Below are positions 49,628 to 58,839 of a stretch of DNA of 64,000 nt, in pieces (positions within the stretch are counted from its first letter, which is position 1; every line of letters starts with the position of its first letter). The position numbers were made by a program, and so were the translations under genes. Below the pieces are notes generated by a model that made no database searches, had not been told where the DNA came from, and saw only the letters and a program-made list of their open reading frames with translations. Where the stretch lies: NCBI GenBank assembly GCA_947468665.1, contig CANILH010000002.1:23959-87958 (forward strand). Direction: 5' to 3'. The DNA comes from Oligoflexales bacterium. Lineage in GTDB: Bacteria > Bdellovibrionota_B > Oligoflexia > Oligoflexales > RGVZ01.

Positions 49628-51832
49628 ATGTTTACCACATCAAGCACCCGGTCATTGACCGCGAAGCTTTCATTCCTAATGACAATCGTCGTCATGGCTA
49701 CCGTTACAGCCATGACCATTCAGTCAGCCGGAAAATTCAGCCAATATATCCTTCAAAATATCGAGGAATCATCAACCGCCATGGCGGAGCGATCTGCTAC
49801 GGACATAGCCGCGATCCTAGACGGATGGGCAGGACAGGTCGCCGTAGCGACATCAAAGCTCTCGACAGTCAAGCAAGACGCAACAAAAAATGATGACGAT
49901 CTGGCCGCGACGCTTCGAGCCGATAAAGACCTGCTGTTGCTTAATCTCTATGCTGTTGAGGGGGCGTCCATAAAACTAGTTAGGCAAGCCCAGAAAACGA
50001 CTGAAACGGCGTCACCTAACAAGCCATCCGGGACCGAGATCCCCCCAGAAATTGTCGCTAAAATTATGACTGACTTCTCGCGGGAGATCATGACCCATCC
50101 TGACTTGTTCAAAAATGAGCGCGTGGTTCGAAATGTTACCCCGGTCGCCAAGGCGCCAACAATGCTTCTGGCGATCAAATTCACCATTCCGAACCAACCG
50201 CAGAAATTCGCGGTCATGGCGCTTCTCGCCAACATGACAAAGATTCAGGTTTCCCTTCCACAAAGCAGATACACGACAGGATATGTTATCAGCGGAGATG
50301 GCAGCTTTTTCGCCTCCGCCGATGAGGCAAACATGTTAAAGTCTGACCCAATCAAAGGTAACGCATTGGTAACCATGGCGCTTAAACGCATCGCGCCATC
50401 CGGTTTCATTTCCGACTTTACAGACAAATTAAAGAAGCAAAAGGTTGGTAGCTTTGCTCAGACTCCTGGAAAAATGCAGCTATATGTCGTCGTCGAACGC
50501 GATCGTAAAGCAGCCTTCCAAGTACTCACACGTATGTACGTCACATCAGTGGTTTGGGGCGGACTGATACTTTTGATCGCCGCGATGGCGAGCTATCTCA
50601 GTGCCGGAAGCGTCACAAAACATCTACGGGAGCTGGTGACCGCGACCAAACGAATCGCGGCTGGAGACTTCGCGGTTCGTCTGCAGCCAGTTTCAGGCGA
50701 TGAGGTTGCAGAACTTGGTCACAGCGTCAACAATATGGCGTCGCGAATACAATCTCTCATGAACACTGAAGTTGAAAAGGCGAGATTTGAGAAAGAACTC
50801 GAAACCGCCAAAATGGTACAATCTACGTTTTTCCCCAAAAAGGCGATTCAAACCGCTAATCTTTCAGTAACTGGATCATACCAGCCAGCTACCGAGTGTG
50901 GTGGGGATCTCTGGGGACACTACCGCGTCAAAGAGGGGGTTGATCTTATTTTCATCGCCGATGCCATGGGACACGGTGCCCCAGCGGCGCTTGTGACAGC
51001 GATCGCCTACGCAACATGTCAGTCGGTTTCAAGTATCCTACGTGATACTCCGATCGATCCGTCACCTGCGGTACTTCTAAAACGACTCAATCAAATCATT
51101 CTTGAAGCCGTAGACGGAAAAATAAGCATGACTTTCTTCGCCTCACTCATTGATTTTAACCGTGGTACGATTACATACGCCAACGCTGGGCACAATTTTC
51201 CGTTTATTCTGACCAGTGATAAGGAGGATCCTCGGTTCAGTAAAAGCGGCAGAAAATCCGCTGGCACCACCCCCGTGGGCGCCATAACCTTAACTCTCCA
51301 GGGAACGCCACTTGGAGTGGATCGCGACGCCGAGTATAAGGAAAAAACCATCGAATTCAGGGCCGGAGATAAGATATTCTTCTTCACTGATGGGCTTATC
51401 GAGAATCATCTTAATGGACAGCCTCCCATTGGCCGCAAGAATCTTCTAGACGCGATCTGCGAATTCGGGAAGGACCCGATCGAGCTAATTCAGGAAAAAA
51501 CCCTCGCGAAAGCGAAAGCCGCGTTTGGCGACCAAAGCCTCCAGGACGACGTCACAATCGTAGTCGCCGAAATTAGCAAGTCATGGGTCATACCAGTAGT
51601 GACGTCACCGTTGAACAATCCAGCCAACGAGGTCTTCTCCCTGTCTGAGGGGATTCCACCGCCCCCACCCGCTCTGACGCTGGATCTTGGCGCAGTTGTC
51701 CCTGTGCCCGCAGGAGCGGGGGTGGTGTCATTTGATTTGGGCGGAACTGTGTCGGAAGCGAAGCCGACAAACAACCCGAGCGACGCCAATGATCCAATGA
51801 ATCTTAATTTTAAGCTTACAGGAGTCTCATAA
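49628..51832 (+). CDS. Sensor protein: two TM helices flanking an extracytoplasmic domain, then HAMP and a SpoIIE/PP2C-type Ser/Thr phosphatase domain
   Basis: The ATG at 49628 follows the SD AAGGAGG. The ORF-track N-terminal extension overlaps the divergent gene and is rejected. HAMP: RIAAGDFAVRLQPVSGDEVAELGHSVNNMA. PP2C: ECGGDLWGHY...FIADAMGHGAPAAL...FFTDGLIE. Confidence 0.8.
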   Translation: MFTTSSTRSLTAKLSFLMTIVVMATVTAMTIQSAGKFSQYILQNIEESSTAMAERSATDIAAILDGWAGQVAVATSKLSTVKQDATKNDDDLAATLRADKDLLLLNLYAVEGASIKLVRQAQKTTETASPNKPSGTEIPPEIVAKIMTDFSREIMTHPDLFKNERVVRNVTPVAKAPTMLLAIKFTIPNQPQKFAVMALLANMTKIQVSLPQSRYTTGYVISGDGSFFASADEANMLKSDPIKGNALVTMALKRIAPSGFISDFTDKLKKQKVGSFAQTPGKMQLYVVVERDRKAAFQVLTRMYVTSVVWGGLILLIAAMASYLSAGSVTKHLRELVTATKRIAAGDFAVRLQPVSGDEVAELGHSVNNMASRIQSLMNTEVEKARFEKELETAKMVQSTFFPKKAIQTANLSVTGSYQPATECGGDLWGHYRVKEGVDLIFIADAMGHGAPAALVTAIAYATCQSVSSILRDTPIDPSPAVLLKRLNQIILEAVDGKISMTFFASLIDFNRGTITYANAGHNFPFILTSDKEDPRFSKSGRKSAGTTPVGAITLTLQGTPLGVDRDAEYKEKTIEFRAGDKIFFFTDGLIENHLNGQPPIGRKNLLDAICEFGKDPIELIQEKTLAKAKAAFGDQSLQDDVTIVVAEISKSWVIPVVTSPLNNPANEVFSLSEGIPPPPPALTLDLGAVVPVPAGAGVVSFDLGGTVSEAKPTNNPSDANDPMNLNFKLTGVS

Positions 51833-51834
51833 CC

Positions 51835-52548
51835 TCACGGCAATTCGGCCTTGAGCGACAAAACCCATCCGCTGCCATACTTCGTCTCAAGTCGGCACTC
51901 AAAACTTTGATCAATTTTTTTTCTTAGGCGGGACATGTGACTGTCCACCGTACTGGCAGAAACATGAGTGCCTGACCAGACCTTCCTGACTAACTCCTCA
52001 CGGCTTATTGGCTGGTTCACCGCCATCGAAAGCACCTGAATGATTCTGATCTCCTTTGGGGTTAGGGCTTCTTCAACGCCGGTCGCTGTCACTCTCATAC
52101 AGGCGGCACCCCGATCCACTTCTATGTCACCGATCCTGATGCAATCGTCCCCTAGGCTCTGAGTCGGCTTCGGAGGCTTGGGTGCCGTCAATTTACGCAG
52201 CAATTTGGCGGCTTGAACCATGTCTTCAGGCAACCCAAGTGAGGCAATATTAAAGCTTTCCACAACTTTTTTCTGATCTTCAGACAGATGACCGATCACA
52301 CACAGGTGGTTTCGCGAATACTCTTTTAAAAAGCGTGAAAATGATGAATGAATCGCCATCAGGTCGTCCTTTTGGTTCAAGTAAACGAGGCAAATATAAC
52401 TCTCGCGACGCGGAATATCGCCGAGACCAAGCAGACGACCGAAGCTCAAAAGACTTGCTACACGCCGCACCCCGAAGAACCCGGATAAAACTTCAGAAAA
52501 TTCCTCAAGCCAGACATCGGTGGTGCCAACAAGCCATATGATAGACAT
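51835..52548 (-). CDS. OmpR/PhoB-type winged-helix DNA-binding protein with degenerate (pseudo-)receiver domain
   Basis: The C-terminus is a typical trans_reg_C: LTPKEIRIIQVLSMAVNQPISREELVRKVW...STVDSHMSRLRKKI...GSGWVL. The N-terminal ~120 aa lack the acidic DD pocket and show no Asp at the expected phosphoacceptor strand (ICLVYLNQ). Confidence 0.7.
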   Translation of the reverse strand: MSIIWLVGTTDVWLEEFSEVLSGFFGVRRVASLLSFGRLLGLGDIPRRESYICLVYLNQKDDLMAIHSSFSRFLKEYSRNHLCVIGHLSEDQKKVVESFNIASLGLPEDMVQAAKLLRKLTAPKPPKPTQSLGDDCIRIGDIEVDRGAACMRVTATGVEEALTPKEIRIIQVLSMAVNQPISREELVRKVWSGTHVSASTVDSHMSRLRKKIDQSFECRLETKYGSGWVLSLKAELP

Positions 52549-52645
52549 TTGGGGTCCTTTTCTACTAGGATAGCAACTGCGCTGACACCACGGATCAGAG
52601 CCCAGTACTTACATCTCAATATTTTAACCTATTTTTTGGATTTTT

Positions 52646-53914
52646 ATGGCGATTCAGGACGACACCCCGGCTCAAGATTGGGAAATCACCAAAAAAGAAG
52701 TTAATCTTGAAGAAATCCGGGCGGCAAAAGTTCGCATAAAGTCTTATGTGCCAGAAACTCCAGTATCACGAAGCCTCTATAACAGTGACAACCTCGGCCA
52801 CGATGTTTTTTATAAACTCGAGAACTTCAATATCACTGGATCCTTTAAAATCCGCGGCGCCGGAAATGCCCTATTGTCCGCCAATGAAAACGAGAAGGAC
52901 TCTGATGTCATCGCCGCGAGCGCCGGCAACCACGCCCAGGGTGTCGCATACATCGCGCGAATCCTGAAGCGTAGCGCGAAAATTTTCATGCCCGAACGAA
53001 CCCCGATCGTTAAAGTGGCGGCAACCAGATCGCACGGCGCTGAAGTTTTTTTAACAGGCCTGCTATATGACGATGCCTATCAGGCGGCTGTTCAATATCA
53101 ATCGAAACACGGCGGTACAATCGTTCAGGCGTTTGCCGACGCCGCGGTAATCAATGGACAGGGAACAGCTGGCCTTGAGATTCTCGATCAAATACCCACA
53201 GTCGGTGTCATCATTGTGCCAATTGGCGGCGGAGGCCTTATTGGGGGAATTGGATGCGCGGTTAAAACCCTTAGACCGGATATTAAGATAATAGGTGTCC
53301 AGACTAAATCCTTTCCCGCGATGAAAGAGTCCCTCGCTGCCGGCAAAGTCACCGGTCAAACATCTGGCATGACGATCGCGGACGGGATCGCGGTGAAGCG
53401 CCCCAGTTCCCGGACCCTTTCTTTGGCACAGCAATATGTCGATGAGATCCTGCTGGTCAGCGATGACGACATCGCTGCGGCAATTATGAGTCTCATGGAA
53501 AAAGATCACTTATTGGCTGAAGGCGCTGGAGCGGCCTCCGTCGCGGCACTTCAGGTCTATAAAGACAAAATCATAAAACTAGCCAATGGCAAGTCAGTAT
53601 GCTGCGTTATTTCTGGCGGAAATATTGATGTGACTCTTGTTGGCAGAATAGCCAACCGGGGCCTCGTTGCGACAGGTCGAATGATGCGATTGACTGTTCG
53701 TATGGCCGACCGACCTGGGCAATTGGCTGAATTACTCAAGGCCATTGGAAGTACAGGTGCCAATCTCATCGACCTAAGACATAATCGGCACTTTGGGGCC
53801 CTTTACTATAGCGACGTAGATGTCGAAATAGACCTCGAGACCACCGATTTCGCCCATCAGGCGACAATCAGAAAAAACCTCGACCAAATGAAATTGAATT
53901 ATACACTTCTCTAG
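52646..53914 (+). CDS. ilvA: Threonine ammonia-lyase (threonine dehydratase) with one C-terminal ACT-like domain
   Basis: ITGSFKIRGA (PLP lysine), ASAGNHAQGVA, VPIGGGGLIGGIG; 422 aa. Confidence 0.88.
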   Translation: MAIQDDTPAQDWEITKKEVNLEEIRAAKVRIKSYVPETPVSRSLYNSDNLGHDVFYKLENFNITGSFKIRGAGNALLSANENEKDSDVIAASAGNHAQGVAYIARILKRSAKIFMPERTPIVKVAATRSHGAEVFLTGLLYDDAYQAAVQYQSKHGGTIVQAFADAAVINGQGTAGLEILDQIPTVGVIIVPIGGGGLIGGIGCAVKTLRPDIKIIGVQTKSFPAMKESLAAGKVTGQTSGMTIADGIAVKRPSSRTLSLAQQYVDEILLVSDDDIAAAIMSLMEKDHLLAEGAGAASVAALQVYKDKIIKLANGKSVCCVISGGNIDVTLVGRIANRGLVATGRMMRLTVRMADRPGQLAELLKAIGSTGANLIDLRHNRHFGALYYSDVDVEIDLETTDFAHQATIRKNLDQMKLNYTLL

Positions 53915-53927
53915 CGGGAACACTTAG

Positions 53928-54548
53928 TCAACGCATTCTGCTGTTCCACGGTTTGTAAAGAGTGTGTGCCACACCCAGCTGCTCCAGTATTTTACCAACG
54001 CAAAAATCAACCACATCGTCCAATTCAGATGGTTTTTGGTAAAATCCCGGCATAAGAGGGATCATTTCAGCACCAGCCTCAACTAAAGAGGTCATATTTC
54101 GAAGATGAATTAAACTCAGTGGGGTTTCTCTCGGACAAATCAGTAGTTTTCGACGTTGCTTTAAAACCACATCAGCACTGCGCTCAAGCAAATTCCCGGA
54201 TATCCCTGTCGCGATTCGCGCAAGCGTCCCCATACTACATGGCGTGACTACCATAGCGTCTGGAGTTGATGTACCGCTCGCGAATGGAGCGAACAAATCC
54301 TGGATTCCAAAAACCCTGATAATATCTTTTTCAGACTTGTCGAGTTTTCCGGCCATGGCCTTTAATAGCAGACTACCACTCGGAAGCTCGTGCCTCGCTA
54401 CTTTCTCACCCGTGTCGGTAACAACCACATAAACACGTTCTATACTTTTTGAGAGAATTTTGACCAGTCGATCCGCGTAAATAGCTCCCGAAGCGCCTGT
54501 GACGCCCACCAATACACTAGCTGGAATACCTTCAGGTGTTCTGGACAT
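53928..54548 (-). CDS. ubiX: UbiX-family flavin prenyltransferase (MqnL-like in a futalosine context)
   Basis: LVGVTGASGAIYADRL and PCSMGTLARIATG. The start is taken at MSRTPEG (54548), overlapping the upstream gene by 17 nt. Confidence 0.85.
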   Translation of the reverse strand: MSRTPEGIPASVLVGVTGASGAIYADRLVKILSKSIERVYVVVTDTGEKVARHELPSGSLLLKAMAGKLDKSEKDIIRVFGIQDLFAPFASGTSTPDAMVVTPCSMGTLARIATGISGNLLERSADVVLKQRRKLLICPRETPLSLIHLRNMTSLVEAGAEMIPLMPGFYQKPSELDDVVDFCVGKILEQLGVAHTLYKPWNSRMR

Positions 54549-55437
54549 AAGCATCAACCAAAGAGAAGGCGAGAAAAATAACACTTACCAAGGCGTTCAA
54601 ATTAAAAAACGCGACATTGATGCGTCTGGATGTTCCGGTGATCATTGCGCCACGGATTAACCAATGTTCATAAAAAAGAATCAGCCCCACCGCGACCACA
54701 CCCAAATCCCACCAGATACCAGTTGTCGCGACACCTCCAGCGGTGACCAGGCAACCAACCATCGTAACGAACGAGGCTCGACTGAGCCAAATCGCCGCCC
54801 GGTGACCTAACTTCGCGGGAACGCTATGGAGACCATTTAACTTGTCAAAACTTTTATCCTGTAATGAATAAAGCAAATCAAATCCGGCCGTCCAAAAAGC
54901 TACCGCGACCCCAACTAAAGCGACGGAAGCCGAGACTCGGTTAAATAGCGCTATCTCAGCGGCCAATGGCGCCAGTCCAAGACAAAAACCAAGATACCAA
55001 TGAGTAAGCCACGAGACTCGTTTCATCACGCTATAAAACGCCAGGACAGCCAGCAGCAAAGGCGACAGCAGTCCAGCGAGCTCCGATAAACTAAACGCCA
55101 CGGCGACGAAAAGAGCTCCAAAGGCCAGCGTAACCGAAAGGTACGCGCGGGCCGAAACAAGACCCGCCGGCAAGGCCCGGGTCACGGTCCTCTCGTTTGC
55201 GGCGTCAAAGTCACGATCAAGATAGCGATTCATTCCCATGGCGAAACTTCTGGCGAAAATCATACAGATAACTATTTGCGCAAGCCGAGTTATAGAAACT
55301 CCCGCGACACCTGTCAGCGTCAAGGCGACACCGACAAAAGGAAGGGCGAATATTGAGTGCGATAATTTTATATCTTTGGCGAAGACACCCAATAGTCTCG
55401 AAGTCTGCCCGCCATTGATCAAAGAGACAGTTTGCAC
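54532..55437 (-). CDS. UbiA-family aromatic polyprenyltransferase (MqnP-like / 4-hydroxybenzoate polyprenyltransferase-related)
   Basis: IKLSHSIFALPF, the NRYLDRDFD Asp-rich motif, and multiple TM helices; 301 aa. Confidence 0.8.
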   Translation of the reverse strand: MQTVSLINGGQTSRLLGVFAKDIKLSHSIFALPFVGVALTLTGVAGVSITRLAQIVICMIFARSFAMGMNRYLDRDFDAANERTVTRALPAGLVSARAYLSVTLAFGALFVAVAFSLSELAGLLSPLLLAVLAFYSVMKRVSWLTHWYLGFCLGLAPLAAEIALFNRVSASVALVGVAVAFWTAGFDLLYSLQDKSFDKLNGLHSVPAKLGHRAAIWLSRASFVTMVGCLVTAGGVATTGIWWDLGVVAVGLILFYEHWLIRGAMITGTSRRINVAFFNLNALVSVIFLAFSLVDAYVQNT

Positions 55438-56597
55438 AGCTTATATTTCCAAAGTTCATTATCCCTGAAACGAAATGCGCCTATACCTTTTTCACGATCG
55501 GTTAAATAGCCGGCCGCCAACACTGTACCTTTAGGGAACACCCCGACATCAGACAACACCTCAGCGCCGGAGGCGTCTACTTTTACCCGGCTCAGAGATC
55601 CCTCGGCATCAATCCACTTAATCAGCCCAAGAAAAGCCTTGTTCCCATTAGAGAGCCAGACGGGCTCTCCCAAATGCACATCAGGGAACGGAATATCTTT
55701 TTTCCACGCGAGCGTAGCCGACCTATTTGAGACACTTACCGCGGCCACTATAAGTGAGGCTTGTCCGATCATGGAGTCACCTCGCACAACGGCTAAAACA
55801 ATCCTTGTTCCAAGGGCCGACGCCGACCAGCTTTCAAGTCCGCTTTTCGTTGCTAGAGTAAATTTACCCTGCTCGGAGAACTTCCCCGCGGAATCAATCT
55901 GAACTACGGAAAATTGACTGTTGTTCTCGTCGACGGGTTTACCCTGCTCAACAACATACGCATTCTGTCCTGAGTCGTTAGATACGACGGTCGCGAAGCG
56001 GGTATGGGCCTGATAAGACGATAGTGTAAAATTCCAGTTAGGTCCCTTCTCTGGGCTTACGAAAACAAATGACGAGTCAGTCTCACTGTGATGCAGCTGA
56101 AGCCACCATCCCCTCGACGCTGCGACCAGACTGCCGGAATTAACTTCTTCCTGCAGCGGAGTCGCCATCCTGGATACCATTCGGTTATCGCGGACGCCTC
56201 GTATCTCAAGCCATGCACGGTCGTTTTTATTTTGGATAACAAACGCCACCGGCTCTTTGTTCCATTCAGAAAGTGCCACTACGTGCGCGTCGCGGCCGAC
56301 GGGAAATGACTTTAATTTTTCAGAGTTAAAGTTATCTTTCGAGTCCGCGTAGACTGGCAGCTGGCTCCCGTTACGAAGTCTCATGGTCGCGACAAATCCA
56401 CCGTTACCGGCAGACGTCCCGGTCACCTTCGCGATATCAATCTCAGACTCTTTAACAGGCCATGCCGAGCATGAAAGTGCGCCCACTCGTCCAAGCTCAG
56501 TCCACTCAGAATCAATTGTTTTTGTGTTGGTCGTGGTACAACCGCTTAAACCCAAGATCATTAAAAAAATGGCAATTATTTGTAGCTTATTCAACAT
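55419..56597 (-). CDS. Hypothetical lipoprotein (beta-rich), first gene of the ubiA-like/ubiX operon
   Basis: The ATG at 56597 gives MLNKLQIIAIFLMILGLSGC, which contains a lipobox. Its 3' end overlaps the ubiA-like start by 19 nt. Confidence 0.6.
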   Translation of the reverse strand: MLNKLQIIAIFLMILGLSGCTTTNTKTIDSEWTELGRVGALSCSAWPVKESEIDIAKVTGTSAGNGGFVATMRLRNGSQLPVYADSKDNFNSEKLKSFPVGRDAHVVALSEWNKEPVAFVIQNKNDRAWLEIRGVRDNRMVSRMATPLQEEVNSGSLVAASRGWWLQLHHSETDSSFVFVSPEKGPNWNFTLSSYQAHTRFATVVSNDSGQNAYVVEQGKPVDENNSQFSVVQIDSAGKFSEQGKFTLATKSGLESWSASALGTRIVLAVVRGDSMIGQASLIVAAVSVSNRSATLAWKKDIPFPDVHLGEPVWLSNGNKAFLGLIKWIDAEGSLSRVKVDASGAEVLSDVGVFPKGTVLAAGYLTDREKGIGAFRFRDNELWKYKLCKLSL

Positions 56598-56719
56598 GCG
56601 CGCTCCCAAAAATACCCTGAATTCTGCAAAAAAAACGCTCCCCGCCTCAAGCTTTGGCTCAATCAGCCGAAACACCTTCCACAAGGGCAAGTATTTAGTA
56701 GCACAAAACAGGGACCCAT

Positions 56720-57052
56720 ATGAGCGTAAAATACATCAAATCAATGCTGGGCTTAGGTTTGGTCTTGTCATTGACGTCCTGCCGCTCGCTGTTCTTCGCG
56801 ACAGATATTATACCGAGCACGGTACAGGTTCCTTATATGAAAAATTCGAGCAACGAATGCTATTATCTGGATGATTTTATGCCGACCCCGGACGCTCTCA
56901 TTACAGGCCGAAATGGCAACCTATCACTGCGATATTACTCGTATAAGGCTGCGACCTACAAAGAGTGGGACAACACCAAAATCAACCTGTCCTTCTACTC
57001 AAATGACATGCGCTGCTGGTCACTTTTTGAGGAATTTTATACGTCTCACTGA
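56720..57052 (+). CDS. Hypothetical small lipoprotein (110 aa)
   Basis: MSVKYIKSMLGLGLVLSLTSC lipobox, followed by an intrinsic terminator. Confidence 0.55.
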   Translation: MSVKYIKSMLGLGLVLSLTSCRSLFFATDIIPSTVQVPYMKNSSNECYYLDDFMPTPDALITGRNGNLSLRYYSYKAATYKEWDNTKINLSFYSNDMRCWSLFEEFYTSH

Positions 57053-57078
57053 CGGCAAAGATGCCGCCATAAATCTAG

Positions 57079-57106
57079 CCTGGGTACGTCACCCGGGTAT
57101 TTTTTT
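57079..57106 (+). terminator. Rho-independent terminator
   Basis: Stem CCTGGGT / ACCCGGG (one G-U pair), loop ACGTC, then TATTTTTTT. It begins 26 nt after the stop at 57052. Confidence 0.75.
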
Positions 57107-57134
57107 GCTATAATTAAATAAAGCTAAGGAGAAA

Positions 57135-58139
57135 ATGACTATGCATGAAGGTTTGGCAATTTATTTATCTGCTTTATTTTTAATCACAACGTCGTCCTGC
57201 GTTACCGTTACCTCTGCTCCAGCAGCAAAGGATACTCAGCAAACATCCTTTGTCAGTCAAGGCAATCAGTTTGCCAAAGACGGTCTTCTTCGTGAGTCAG
57301 TGGACGCCTACAAAAAGGCCATCGCTAAAGACCCGAAGAGCCTCACGGCTCACCGTAACCTTGGTATTGTCCTGGTCAAGGCAGGAGATCCACAAGGAGC
57401 CATCACGAACCTTGAGATTTCACTCAGCGAATTTGACAGCAACTTTGAGACAAATTTTTACTTAGGTGAGGCCTACCGCGCCGATGACAAATACGCGGAA
57501 GCGATTTTCAGGTACAAAAAGGCCCTAAAAATCCAGCAAAACGACGTACGGGCGATGAAAAGCCTGGCGTGGTGTTATTTCAAAATCCGTTTTTATAGCG
57601 AAGCCCTCAGCGTTGCTCAGCAAGTACAAAAGATCGCGCCAGATGACGAGCAGGCTCCCATGATCCTCGGCCGGACACAGCTCAAACTAAAAAGAGATTC
57701 CGAGGCGCTCGCCACACTTAAACGGGGCGCTGAGAAGACTGGAAAGCAATCCCTGCCCTACTATCAAAGCGTTATAGCTGAGGTTCTGGCGGCCCAGGGC
57801 AAATCAAAAGAAGCACTTGAGACATGGCGCAAAGCACTAAAGGCACAGCCTATGCTGGCCGGCGCATTGCTTGGTACTGGCAAGCTGCTGCTCGAAAGTG
57901 GACAAACAAAAGAGGCTGCCGATTATCTCGAGCGGGCGGTACGTATCAAACCCAAGATGTATGATGGTCATTATTGGCTCGCCCGCAGCCTCGAGGAGTC
58001 CAGCCCAGACAGGGCGCTCCGGTATTTCAACTATTTCAGAAAAAACGCTGCCAACGATCCAGAATTTGTTGAACTTGTTCAGGATGCCCGTAAAAGAACA
58101 GCCGACTTAGCAACTCGGGTTAAAATGGAAGACAACTGA
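57135..58139 (+). CDS. TPR-repeat lipoprotein
   Basis: LSALFLITTSSC lipobox, the SD TAAGGAG, and repeated TPR-like units (AIAKDPKSLTAHRNLGIV..., ALKIQQNDVRAMKSLAW..., AVRIKPKMYDGHYWLA...). Confidence 0.7.
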   Translation: MTMHEGLAIYLSALFLITTSSCVTVTSAPAAKDTQQTSFVSQGNQFAKDGLLRESVDAYKKAIAKDPKSLTAHRNLGIVLVKAGDPQGAITNLEISLSEFDSNFETNFYLGEAYRADDKYAEAIFRYKKALKIQQNDVRAMKSLAWCYFKIRFYSEALSVAQQVQKIAPDDEQAPMILGRTQLKLKRDSEALATLKRGAEKTGKQSLPYYQSVIAEVLAAQGKSKEALETWRKALKAQPMLAGALLGTGKLLLESGQTKEAADYLERAVRIKPKMYDGHYWLARSLEESSPDRALRYFNYFRKNAANDPEFVELVQDARKRTADLATRVKMEDN

Positions 58140-58559
58140 TCAAAGCAACTTCATCTCGGCTTTTTGGTAGCTCAGCAGGCTTCGTCTCGCCTCAAATAAG
58201 TTCTTATAGCTCTCATAGCGGATGCGCAGTTTCTCAGATTCTGCGCGAGCCGTCACAAGTTTCATTAGAAATTCCTCGTACTCAGAATCCGTCTCCATAA
58301 GACGTTTAAGCTTAGCCTCAGTCTGACTACCATCGTCAAGTCTGATAGAGATTCTGGCTCTTATCGTATTTTTCATGAATTCGAGTCGCTCAGCCTCTTT
58401 TCGCGCGCCAACGTATTCAAGCCCCACTTTATTGGCCAAGTGAACTATATCCTCTAAACCCAGTCGGTCAGCGCCGGCGCCGGCGCCGGCTGCTGGGGAT
58501 GATGCCTGACTAAGGGCGTCACCTTGAAACTTTACGGGTGTCTGCCCTGACTTATCCAT
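58140..58559 (-). CDS. Hypothetical coiled-coil protein (139 aa)
   Basis: Low-complexity N-terminus (SSPAAGAGAGAD) followed by heptad-rich sequence. Its stop abuts the convergent TPR gene stop (TGATCA). Confidence 0.5.
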   Translation of the reverse strand: MDKSGQTPVKFQGDALSQASSPAAGAGAGADRLGLEDIVHLANKVGLEYVGARKEAERLEFMKNTIRARISIRLDDGSQTEAKLKRLMETDSEYEEFLMKLVTARAESEKLRIRYESYKNLFEARRSLLSYQKAEMKLL

Positions 58560-58839
58560 TGAGTTGGTTGACCTTCCAAAAATGATTAAAAGTAATCAGC
58601 ATTATTGCAGATTTTTAACTTTTATAAACCGTTGAATCACGCCCAAAAGATCCTGCCTTTTATGGCTAAAAATCATAATTAATCCAGCTAGTTATATCAC
58701 AGCCTCATATTTCTTACTGTTTCTCCGATGAGCCTATTATGGATATATGGCTAACCGGCCAATTTAGTGTATAATTAGTAGACAGGCGCTCTCCAGGCTG
58801 GCGCAATAAAACCCCTTAAGTTATTTGGGGAGGTATCAA

